Source of the DNA: Verrucomicrobiota bacterium
GTDB lineage: Bacteria > Verrucomicrobiota > Verrucomicrobiia > Chthoniobacterales > UBA10450
Reading direction: 5' to 3'
DNA length: 43,235 nucleotides
Assembly (NCBI GenBank): GCA_003219355.1
Contig: QHOQ01000062.1
Coordinates: 624-43,858 of the forward strand
Shown here: piece after piece, positions 8,499 through 16,563 of the stretch
Layout: each line of letters begins with the position of its first letter
Numbering within the stretch: position 1 is the first letter of the stretch
Position numbers and translations under genes: made by a program
Notes under the pieces: generated by a model
What the model saw: only the letters and a program-made list of their open reading frames with translations
What the model was told of the DNA's origin: nothing
Database searches by the model: none

Positions 8499-8917
8499 GG
8501 CAGGTGTGGCTCAGGCACGTTGAACCATTGCACCAGATACTGTTTTCGTTCTTCCACCATTTGACGCAATCGCTGTTGCTGATCCAGCTGCAGGATCGGA
8601 TTTATTCGATCTTCCGCACGATCGAGAATTCCATCTATTTCACGCAAATTCAACGCATACAGGTTGCGCAACTCATTGTCCGCTTGCTGCGCGATCGGCC
8701 TTAACTTCAGGTCCTGCTCTGGAGTGAGACGCAAATTTGCGAGCCAGCGATCCACCGAAAAGGACGTTCCCGATCGTAACTCGCTCCGTCGCAGCATCTG
8801 GTATTTTCCCGCGCGGATAGTGAGCAATCCGCCGGTCACCCCGCCTGCGACAAAGATTGCAATCAGCGTCAAAACGATTTTCCATCTGTCGATCGCGTTC
8901 ATGACCACAAAAAACAA
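8495..8917 (-). CDS. membrane-anchored LTXXQ-type (Spy/CpxP-like periplasmic heavy-metal sensor family) protein
   Basis: N-terminal TM segment, then LRLTPEQDLKLRPI and LQLDQQQRLRQM repeats in a helical, charged domain. Start is TTG 8917 or ATG 8902. Confidence 0.55.
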   Translation of the reverse strand: MFFVVMNAIDRWKIVLTLIAIFVAGGVTGGLLTIRAGKYQMLRRSELRSGTSFSVDRWLANLRLTPEQDLKLRPIAQQADNELRNLYALNLREIDGILDRAEDRINPILQLDQQQRLRQMVEERKQYLVQWFNVPEPHLP

Positions 8918-9590
8918 AGAGAAACCATTAAAAGCGATCTTTTTTGATGCGGTCGGAACACTCTTTTATCTAACCAAGACTGTAGGCGATCATTATGCAC
9001 TCGTCGGAAGCGAGGTGGGGCTGACGCTCGATTCGCGCAAACTCGATCGCGCGTTTTACACAGCTTGGGAGCAGATGCCGCTCCGCGCCGCGATCGATGG
9101 GCCACGCGAAAATGACGACAAAGGCTGGTGGCGCGAGCTTGTCAATCTTGTGCTCGATCAGGTCGCGCCTTCATTGAGTGGACCTGATCGCGACAATTTC
9201 TTCGAGGTCGCCTACGAACATTTCGCCGAGGCCGGTGTTTGGGAGCTTTATCCGGAGGTTTTTGATGTTTTGGAGAAATTGGAGCCGCGCTTTCAGCTCG
9301 CGGTGATTTCAAACTTTGACGGGCGTTTACGATTTATTCTCGAGCACCTCGGTATTTCCAAATTTTTTGCGCACGTTTTTGTTTCCAGTGAGATCGGCGC
9401 GGATAAACCCGATCCAGAGATTTTTCGGCGCGCGCTCAAGATTGTTCAGGTTGAACCGAATCAAGTGCTGCACGTGGGTGACGATGCCGAACGCGACTGG
9501 AAAGCAGCCGCAGCCGCTGGCTTAGCGGTCTTTCGATTAGATCGACAAAAGGGTTCGTTGCGCGATTTGCTGGCGTTCTTGAAATGCTAG
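8901..9590 (+). CDS. HAD-IA family hydrolase (REG-2-like)
   Basis: HAD motifs I-IV: FFDAVGTLF, ISNFD, GADKPDPEIF and HVGDDAERD. The start was chosen at ATG 8901 rather than the ORF-track start of 8664. Confidence 0.8.
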   Translation: MTTKNKEKPLKAIFFDAVGTLFYLTKTVGDHYALVGSEVGLTLDSRKLDRAFYTAWEQMPLRAAIDGPRENDDKGWWRELVNLVLDQVAPSLSGPDRDNFFEVAYEHFAEAGVWELYPEVFDVLEKLEPRFQLAVISNFDGRLRFILEHLGISKFFAHVFVSSEIGADKPDPEIFRRALKIVQVEPNQVLHVGDDAERDWKAAAAAGLAVFRLDRQKGSLRDLLAFLKC

Positions 9591-9662
9591 GAAACACGTC
9601 CTGGCGAGCCGTCTACTAGGAATCGGCGTTCACGGCGCGCCGGGCGGTTGCCCTGCGAATTC

Positions 9663-9691
9663 TTGCAGCAATGTTTGATCTGGCTTACAAA
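9663..9691 (+). promoter_or_regulatory. candidate sigma70-type promoter for tRNA-Lys
   Basis: TTGCAG (9663-9668), a 17-nt spacer, then TACAAA (9686-9691), about 14 nt before the mature tRNA 5' end. Hexamer matches are only partial. Confidence 0.25.
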
Positions 9692-9705
9692 CTTTATTTC
9701 CGCGC

Positions 9706-9778
9706 GGGTCGGTAGCTCAATCGGTAGAGCAGCGCCCTTTTAAGGCGTTGGTTCCGGGTTCGAGTCCCGGCCGACCCA
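9706..9778 (+). tRNA. tRNA-Lys (anticodon UUU)
   Basis: A hand-folded 73-nt cloverleaf. Acceptor GGGTCGG/CCGACCC, D stem GCTC/GAGC, anticodon stem GCGCC/GGCGT with loop CTTTTAA, T stem CCGGG/CCCGG with loop TTCGAGT, discriminator A. No encoded CCA. Confidence 0.95.
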
Positions 9779-9842
9779 TTTTTGTCTTGCACGCAGGCGT
9801 GCTAACCGCCGTTAGCAGGATAAACTAGCGAGCGATTGGATT

Positions 9843-10487
9843 ATGATCTCTCATAAATACAAATGCATCTTCGTTGAGGTGCCAAAGACTGGTTCGACCA
9901 GTGTCAGAGCCATTCTCGGCAAAGCATGGAAGCCGCATCTTAATTTGTGGCAGATCAAGAACCAGATGGAGACGTATTGGACGCGCTATGGCGGAAGAAA
10001 GAACCGGATTCTAGCTTCTCTGTATTTGTTGCTTCCGGAAGAGCGCCGGAGGGAGATCGGGCGCAAGCAATTCGAGACTTACTTCAAAATCGGGTTTGTT
10101 CGCAACCCTTGGGACCGCGTTGTCTCGCTCTACGAGCGCGCTGAGGCTTTGCAGCTCAGGGACAAAATGACGTTCGAGGAATTTGTCGATTGGATCCAGT
10201 ATAGCAGCAGCACTTGCGTTCACTCTTCCCCGCATCGCTACCAATTGGATTGGTTTGTCGATCCCAATGGCAATGTGCTCGCGGATTTCATTGGAAAATT
10301 TGAACGGCTCGACGAGGACTGGGCTTATGTGGCGCAGAAGCTCGGTCTCAACGAGAAGTTGCCGCATCGCAGAGAAAATCCGCGGGCACGGCACTACACA
10401 GAATACTACACCCCCAGAACGCGAGACGTAATCGCAAACAAGTTCAAGGTGGACATCGAGCAGTTTGGCTATGAGTTCGCCGGATAA
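9843..10487 (+). CDS. sulfotransferase family 2 protein (paralog 1)
   Basis: N-terminus MISHKYKCIFVEVPKTGSTSV (PAPS 5'-phosphosulfate-binding loop type) and FVRNPWDRVVSLY (3'-phosphate-binding motif type). Confidence 0.8.
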   Translation: MISHKYKCIFVEVPKTGSTSVRAILGKAWKPHLNLWQIKNQMETYWTRYGGRKNRILASLYLLLPEERRREIGRKQFETYFKIGFVRNPWDRVVSLYERAEALQLRDKMTFEEFVDWIQYSSSTCVHSSPHRYQLDWFVDPNGNVLADFIGKFERLDEDWAYVAQKLGLNEKLPHRRENPRARHYTEYYTPRTRDVIANKFKVDIEQFGYEFAG

Positions 10488-11208
10488 AATTAAGGCGATC
10501 GTTCTGACCTGCGATCGATATCGGGTGATGACGCGGCACCTGATTGTGCAGTACGAACGATTGTGGCCGGATCATCCGTTCGTCTTTCATATTCCTTATC
10601 AGGAGCTCGGCGGCGTCGATAGCGAACGGATCAAATATCACACGTCGCCTGCAGATATTAAGGGAACAGTCTTGCATTTACTTGCGAACATCGATGATGA
10701 GGAATGGATTTACTGGTGCGTCGACGACAAATATCCAATTCAGCTCGTTACGGATAAAATCGCGAGCCTGATTTCCCACGCCATGCGTTCGCCGGAAGTT
10801 GACGGTCTTTTATTCTGCAGATGCAGGGTGACACTGACCAATCCCAAGCTTGCCCTGTACCTTCGCAAAATCAGGAATCCATTCGGCGATACTTACTTCG
10901 AACGGAAGGCCTGGTTCCAGATTTGGATTCATCAGCTGCTACGCGCCAAAGTGCTGCGCTACCTTTTTACCCATCTTCCGGACCACATTCCCAGTGCCAA
11001 GGCGATGGATGAGCTAAAAAACGACGTACCGAAACTGGCTGAGCACCGGTTGTTTGTGACCAAGGAAAATTTCGCAGTCTTTGGAGAAAGCACCCAGAGG
11101 GGCGTGATTACCCAAAATTGCTACGAGAGCATGCTGGCGAGGGGCATTAAGTTGCCCGAATGGTTTCAACATCCAAACGGGGAATATGTAACGCTTGGAA
11201 AATTGTAG
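10465..11208 (+). CDS. hypothetical protein embedded in the sulfotransferase cluster
   Basis: Clean 247-aa ORF overlapping the upstream sulfotransferase by 23 nt. Contains WCVDDKYP, a possible DxD-like motif. No family recognised. Confidence 0.55.
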   Translation: MAMSSPDKIKAIVLTCDRYRVMTRHLIVQYERLWPDHPFVFHIPYQELGGVDSERIKYHTSPADIKGTVLHLLANIDDEEWIYWCVDDKYPIQLVTDKIASLISHAMRSPEVDGLLFCRCRVTLTNPKLALYLRKIRNPFGDTYFERKAWFQIWIHQLLRAKVLRYLFTHLPDHIPSAKAMDELKNDVPKLAEHRLFVTKENFAVFGESTQRGVITQNCYESMLARGIKLPEWFQHPNGEYVTLGKL

Positions 11209-11220
11209 AATTCTTGTTGC

Positions 11221-11826
11221 TCAATCAAAGGTGTAGCCAAACCGTTCGATCTCGGGTGCAAAGCGCTCTCTTACCAACTCGCGAAGCTCATCGGTGTAGT
11301 ATTTCGAATAATGTTCGCGGTTCGAACGGTTATACTGCGGCAGCGACGCCGTCGGAATACCTAGGGTTGTGCAGACGATGCGGAAGTCGTCGGCTAAATT
11401 CTCGAAGCGCATAATGTAGTCGACGTTGCCGAACGGGTCCTCTTCGCCCTTACCAAGCCGCAAATAGTCTGCAACCGACAAGGCTTTCGAAATTATTTTT
11501 CTAAACTCTTTTCGATCCCAGGTTCCCACCTGCTGTGTTGGCGTGAAATAATAGGAGACCATCCGGTCCCACGGATTCCGCACGCACGTAAACTTGTACA
11601 GGCCGTCAAACTGAGCTTTGCCGAGGGCGCGCTTGTACTCGGCTAGCGTTGAGTGTTTCTTGATGTTGTACTTCGGATTGCGCAGGCCAAAACGCTCGAT
11701 CCCATCCTGTTCGCTACGCAAGGCCACAATTTCATCCTCAGAGTAGTTCCCGAGGACGCTCTGAACCGAATTACCCGCCGTCTTTGGTATGTGAACGAAC
11801 AGAAATTGTTTCTGAAAAGAGATCAT
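11221..11826 (-). CDS. sulfotransferase family 2 protein (paralog 2)
   Basis: MISFQKQFLFVHIPKTAGNSV and CVRNPWDRMVSYY, the same two motifs as paralogs 1 and 3. Confidence 0.8.
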   Translation of the reverse strand: MISFQKQFLFVHIPKTAGNSVQSVLGNYSEDEIVALRSEQDGIERFGLRNPKYNIKKHSTLAEYKRALGKAQFDGLYKFTCVRNPWDRMVSYYFTPTQQVGTWDRKEFRKIISKALSVADYLRLGKGEEDPFGNVDYIMRFENLADDFRIVCTTLGIPTASLPQYNRSNREHYSKYYTDELRELVRERFAPEIERFGYTFD

Positions 11827-11939
11827 CGGAAGGCGCGGCTAAAGTTGGGAACCAGTCTTCAGTTGCGCGAGTAATCGCGGGCGTTTACCAATCGTCCGAT
11901 AGATTGCGCTGCGTTTCCAGTCATCTTGGGCACCGGGCG

Positions 11940-12632
11940 ATGATCATTTCTCACAAATACAAGTTTATCTTTATCAAAACGGCAAAGACCGCAGGCACGA
12001 GCATTGAGGTTTTTCTGTCGAAACAGTGCGGCCCCACAGACATCGTGACACCGATCGCTCCTCCCGTCGAAGGGCACCAGCCTCGCAATTACCAGGGGTT
12101 CATCAACCCGATCCCTGAAATTCTTGAGAGACCGCACAAAGTCCTGTCCGCGTTGCGATACGCAATCACCAGCCGCGAGAAATTCTACAATCATATGCCG
12201 GCGTCTGTCGCACAAAAACGCGTTCCCAGCCGAGTTTGGAATAGCTACTTCAAATTTTGCGTGGAAAGAAATCCGTGGGACAAAGTTTTATCGCATTACC
12301 ACATGCATAATGCCCGGGAAGGCGGCTCGCTCGCCCTCGATGAGTATCTCGCGCGCGGCAGGTTCCCCATTAATTACTTTCGATACACCAACGATTCCGG
12401 CGCGAAAATCATCGTGGACCGAGTTCTCCGTTATGAGAATCTTCTTGCCGAACTTAGTGAAGTATTCTCGCAGTTAAGGATCCCCTTCGACGGTAAGCTT
12501 GGCGTCAAAGCAAAGTCGGAATACCGGACTGATCGTAGACCATATCAACAGGTGTTTAATGAAAAGCAACGGCGGATCGTTGAGAACGCGTTTGCCAGAG
12601 AAATCGGTTTGCACGGATACCGTTTTGAATAA
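11940..12632 (+). CDS. sulfotransferase family 2 protein (paralog 3)
   Basis: MIISHKYKFIFIKTAKTAGTSIE and VERNPWDKVLSHY. The start was set at ATG 11940 rather than the ORF-track start of 11784. Confidence 0.8.
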   Translation: MIISHKYKFIFIKTAKTAGTSIEVFLSKQCGPTDIVTPIAPPVEGHQPRNYQGFINPIPEILERPHKVLSALRYAITSREKFYNHMPASVAQKRVPSRVWNSYFKFCVERNPWDKVLSHYHMHNAREGGSLALDEYLARGRFPINYFRYTNDSGAKIIVDRVLRYENLLAELSEVFSQLRIPFDGKLGVKAKSEYRTDRRPYQQVFNEKQRRIVENAFAREIGLHGYRFE

Positions 12633-12652
12633 TAGAAGTGCTGCTCACTTTT

Positions 12653-14089
12653 TCAGATTTTCAACCTGTCGTGGGCGGATTCCTGCCAACCGTGAATCTC
12701 GTCGGCACTCCGTGAAATCACCGATGCAGATTGTCGATCCGAATAAAGATTGCGCGTCTCGAACGGATCATCTTTCAAGTTATATAATTCGTTTAAATCT
12801 TTGTCCCGAAGACAAAACTTCCAGCCGTCGGAGGAAACTACTGTACGAGTGGACTCCTCGATCGCCCGTTTGATTGCGCGCCGCGGAGCAAGCGATGTTC
12901 CCTTTTTAATCTTTGTTCGGTTGGGAGCCCACTCGATAAAGACGCTTTTCGGCAGTGTGGCTTCTCCGCGGATTAACTGTAGCAGGCTTTTGCCAGCGCA
13001 TTGAGGATGCTTCGATTGACCGAGAAGATCGACCAACGTTGGTACGAAGTCGATATGACTCACCGGTTGCGGAATGATTTTGCTGCGTCGCTGATCGGGT
13101 AGCCGAACCAAATACGGAACTCGTACCGCTTCTTCAAACATGACTTCTTTCCCGAAGAGATGATGCGCGCCCAGGCTATCTCCGTGGTCGCTCGTATGAA
13201 CAACGATTGTGTCGTTACTTAAGCTGCATCTTTCCAGGCAACCAAGAATGGCACCGATGCTTTGATCCACCAGCGTGACTAGGCCGAGATATCGCTGTTT
13301 GATGCTTCGATATTCTTCGGGCGTTATCCCGAAGAATAACTGCGTGGGCAATCGTTCCCGGTCCAGAACTGCTTCCGACTGCTGCCATTCGCGCATCAAA
13401 CGATAGCGCAGCGGAATATTTTCACTCGCCGGAACGGTCGCCGTAAGATCGAGTTCCACTTCATCGAGCGGATGCTCATCGTTGAGCGGACCGCTGTAAG
13501 GTGAGTGCGGCTCCGCAAAACCAACAACCAGAATGAAAGGATTGCGATGAAATTTTTCGATGAACTCGCAGGCATGCTTTTCCAGGAATTTTGGCCTCGA
13601 TAGTTCGATTGGCAGGTTGCTGATGGCCAATTCCGAAAATCCTCCATTTTGTTTGTCAGGGGTCAGGCCCCTTGAAATAAGGAAATTGGCGTAGTCACCG
13701 CGGGGTTCAGTGGAAATCCATTGCCGAAATCCGCGTCCGGCCGGTCCTTCCTCGCCAAGATGCCACTTACCCATGTATGCGGCCTGATAGTCTTTATCCT
13801 CTAGTAGCTCAGGAAAAACCCGAAATCGCTGATCCAGTGGAACACTATTTCTAGTGCATCCGTTGGTATGCGGCCACGTCCCGGTCATCAGTGAAGACCG
13901 CGATGGGGTGCAAACTGGATGAGTCACGTAAGCCCGCTCGAAAACCACCGACTCAGAAGCAAGTTTGTTCAGATTAGGCGCGTGAACTTTTCCACCCCCG
14001 TAACAAGCGATCGTATCCGCTCGTTGCTGGTCGGGTAAAAAGACGATCAGGTTTGGCTTTCGCGGCATTTTAGCTGGTTGCGAAACCAT
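12653..14089 (-). CDS. formylglycine-dependent sulfatase (arylsulfatase A family)
   Basis: PNLIVFLPDQQRAD, the C-x-P-x-R motif in HPVCTPSRSSLMTG, plus GKWHLG and SDHGD motifs. Confidence 0.9.
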   Translation of the reverse strand: MVSQPAKMPRKPNLIVFLPDQQRADTIACYGGGKVHAPNLNKLASESVVFERAYVTHPVCTPSRSSLMTGTWPHTNGCTRNSVPLDQRFRVFPELLEDKDYQAAYMGKWHLGEEGPAGRGFRQWISTEPRGDYANFLISRGLTPDKQNGGFSELAISNLPIELSRPKFLEKHACEFIEKFHRNPFILVVGFAEPHSPYSGPLNDEHPLDEVELDLTATVPASENIPLRYRLMREWQQSEAVLDRERLPTQLFFGITPEEYRSIKQRYLGLVTLVDQSIGAILGCLERCSLSNDTIVVHTSDHGDSLGAHHLFGKEVMFEEAVRVPYLVRLPDQRRSKIIPQPVSHIDFVPTLVDLLGQSKHPQCAGKSLLQLIRGEATLPKSVFIEWAPNRTKIKKGTSLAPRRAIKRAIEESTRTVVSSDGWKFCLRDKDLNELYNLKDDPFETRNLYSDRQSASVISRSADEIHGWQESAHDRLKI

Positions 14090-14202
14090 GACAATAATAC
14101 GTAACGTAGCAGCAAATCAGTCTCGGCCATCGCTGCAATCGAGCCTTGAAAGAAAATCTTTTCGCATCGCGACAAGCCCGATTTGAGTATTTCATCGTCG
14201 GC

Positions 14203-15471
14203 ATGAAATCGTTTTTGATCTCGCACGTATTTGGCGCGCTAATCGCCGGCATGGCGTATGGGGCGACAGAGTTCGATTTGGCCGCCACAACCACCAACGA
14301 GCTCGCTGTCGATCTTCACCGCCAGCTCGCAACAGGCGACAAGAATCTTTGCGTTTCGCCGTACTCGATCGAAAGCGCGCTGGCTATGACGTTCGCCGGC
14401 GCGGACGGCGAGACACGCCGCGAGATGGCGCGGGTTTTGCATTTTCCAAGCGACGCGAGCGCAGTGCCCGCCTCGTTCGCGTCGCTTCAGCATTCGCTGG
14501 AAGAAATGGGCGTGAAGTCGGCCGAAATCGTAAAAGAGTCCAAAAGATTCGGCGGTCCCAGCGAACCGATTACACTCAGCATCGCCAACCGGCTCTTTGC
14601 ACAAAAAGGATACGGCTTTCGCGAGTCGTTCTTGACGCTTGTGAAACAAAATTTCGGTGCGGCGTTTGAGCCTATCGATTTTGTTCACGGCGCGTCGGGG
14701 GCCACACAGCACATCAACCAATGGGTCGCCGACCAGACGCGTGACCGAATTCGAGATCTCATTCCAGCCAATGCGCTTGATGAGACCACGCGGCTCGTCC
14801 TGGCGAATGCACTTTATTTAAAGGCGTCTTGGGCTGATCCATTTTCCGAGAAGGCAACGCAACCGGAACCGTTTCATGTTCACGGCGGAGCACCTGTCGA
14901 TGTTCCAACGATGAGAAAGGAGGCGCCATTTGGTTTCGCCAAGCGCGAGGGATTCACCGCGATAAGCGTCCCCTACAGCGGCAATGATCTCCAATTCCTC
15001 GTCCTTGTTCCCGACGACGTAAATGGCCTGCGCGCGCTAGAATCGAAGCTGACTGAAGACATGTTGGCAGAATGCGCAAAGCTCGGAACGCAAGAGCAAG
15101 TCGATCTTCATTTGCCAAAGTTTAAATTCGAGCCGCCGACGGTAGCATTAGCAGAAAAACTCCAAGCGCTTGGAATGAAAAGCGCGTTCGATATTCCACG
15201 AGGCAGCGCGAATTTCGATAAGATGGCGTCGCGTAAGCCGAATGACTATCTCTACATCTCCAATGTCTTTCACAAAACTTTCATCGCAGTTGATGAAAGG
15301 GGAACGGAGGCAGCCGCAGCGACCGCGACCGTAATGATGAGAGCCACGGCGATAGCTGGGCCGAAGCCAAAACCAATCGAAGTGAAAGTCGATCGGCCAT
15401 TCGTCTACGCGATCCAGCACGTCCCCAGCCGCGTCTGCCTTTTCCTGGGGCGTGTGACCAATCCTCGCTGA
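14203..15471 (+). CDS. secreted serpin family protease inhibitor
   Basis: Signal peptide MKSFLISHVFGALIAGMAYG. Serpin body motifs NLCVSPYSIESALAM, NQWVADQT and ANALYLKASW. Inhibitory-type hinge ERGTEAAAATA followed by VMMRATAI, then VDRPFVYAI near the C-terminus. Confidence 0.9.
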   Translation: MKSFLISHVFGALIAGMAYGATEFDLAATTTNELAVDLHRQLATGDKNLCVSPYSIESALAMTFAGADGETRREMARVLHFPSDASAVPASFASLQHSLEEMGVKSAEIVKESKRFGGPSEPITLSIANRLFAQKGYGFRESFLTLVKQNFGAAFEPIDFVHGASGATQHINQWVADQTRDRIRDLIPANALDETTRLVLANALYLKASWADPFSEKATQPEPFHVHGGAPVDVPTMRKEAPFGFAKREGFTAISVPYSGNDLQFLVLVPDDVNGLRALESKLTEDMLAECAKLGTQEQVDLHLPKFKFEPPTVALAEKLQALGMKSAFDIPRGSANFDKMASRKPNDYLYISNVFHKTFIAVDERGTEAAAATATVMMRATAIAGPKPKPIEVKVDRPFVYAIQHVPSRVCLFLGRVTNPR

Positions 15472-15472
15472 A

Positions 15473-15991
15473 GTGGACATCTCGACTCTTGCAAACCTAA
15501 TCAACGCGATCGCGGTGACCGCCGGAGTCATTTTCGCTGCGACGCAAATCCGGTATTACCGTCAGCGGCGCCGGCGCGATGCGATGCTCGAGTTGGTCCG
15601 CTCGTTTCAGAGTCCGGCGTTTACGAGCGCGCTGCGCCGCGTCCTTTCGCTGCCAGATGGCGCCGACGCACAGAAAATACGTGAGGTACTGGGACCAGAT
15701 GGCGAAGACGCTGTCTACTTGGTGGCGTTGACTTGGGAAAGCATTGGTGTGTTGCTATTTCGTCGCGAGCTCACACTTGATTTGATCGATGATTTCTTTA
15801 GCGGTCCCATCGTTCTTTCCTGGAAGAAGCTTCGGGTTTATTCCGATGAATGGCGTCGCACGCTGGACCGAGAGACATTCTCCGAGTGGTTTCACTGGTT
15901 GGCTGAGCGAATGATGGACCGCGAGAAGCTCGCGCCGCCGGTGCCGGCTTACATCGCACACCGCAGATGGCGTGAAGCGCGCCGCCGTTAG
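15473..15991 (+). CDS. N-terminally membrane-anchored hypothetical protein (possibly DUF4760-like)
   Basis: The GTG start is one nt after the serpin stop. One TM segment (LANLINAIAVTAGVIFAATQI) is followed by RYYRQRRRRD and a helical soluble domain. The family assignment is from memory only. Confidence 0.55.
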   Translation: MDISTLANLINAIAVTAGVIFAATQIRYYRQRRRRDAMLELVRSFQSPAFTSALRRVLSLPDGADAQKIREVLGPDGEDAVYLVALTWESIGVLLFRRELTLDLIDDFFSGPIVLSWKKLRVYSDEWRRTLDRETFSEWFHWLAERMMDREKLAPPVPAYIAHRRWREARRR

Positions 15992-16025
15992 CCGGGGCTG
16001 GGCAATATCAACTGCGTCAATCGCG

Positions 16026-16559
16026 CTAAATTAACCGATCTCTGTCGCTCACGTAACTAAGCCCGCCGTCGACGATTCTCGCCGCGGATGTAAATGGATG
16101 GGGTTCGGTCTTATTGGCGCCGATAATATGAGTGATTTCGATGCCACGTACTTTCAGGTAATCGGAAATCAGCGAGCGATGGCAACGCCACCAGACCGCT
16201 TCAGCGCACATCATTGCAGTTGGGCCGGCATCGTTTGCATGATCGAGAAGCCGCTCGATGGCTTTGCGGAACTTCTCTGTGTCCATGTAATCGGCGTAGC
16301 CACGGAAGGAAGCATTTCGCCACGTCGTATTACGTGAGTCGGATCTGGGTTTTCGCCGTCCACCAAGTTCGGCAAAATGTTCATAACGAATTCCGTGTTC
16401 CTGGAGTGATCTTCCCAGCGCCTCTTTATTAAACTGAGGATGGCGTTTCGAACCCGGTAAGCTTCGCACGTCGACAAGCAACTTGATTCTGTGGGCTTCA
16501 AGAGCCGCAATAAAATCCTCAATCTTGCGCGTCGAGTGGCCAATCGTCCAAAGTTTCAT
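16026..16559 (-). CDS. DUF488 domain protein
   Basis: MKLWTIGHSTRKIEDFIAALEAHRIKLLVDVRSLPGSKRHPQFNKEAL, plus the WWRCHRSLISDYL motif characteristic of DUF488/YeaO-like proteins. Confidence 0.8.
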   Translation of the reverse strand: MKLWTIGHSTRKIEDFIAALEAHRIKLLVDVRSLPGSKRHPQFNKEALGRSLQEHGIRYEHFAELGGRRKPRSDSRNTTWRNASFRGYADYMDTEKFRKAIERLLDHANDAGPTAMMCAEAVWWRCHRSLISDYLKVRGIEITHIIGANKTEPHPFTSAARIVDGGLSYVSDRDRLI

Positions 16560-16563
16560 GTGA

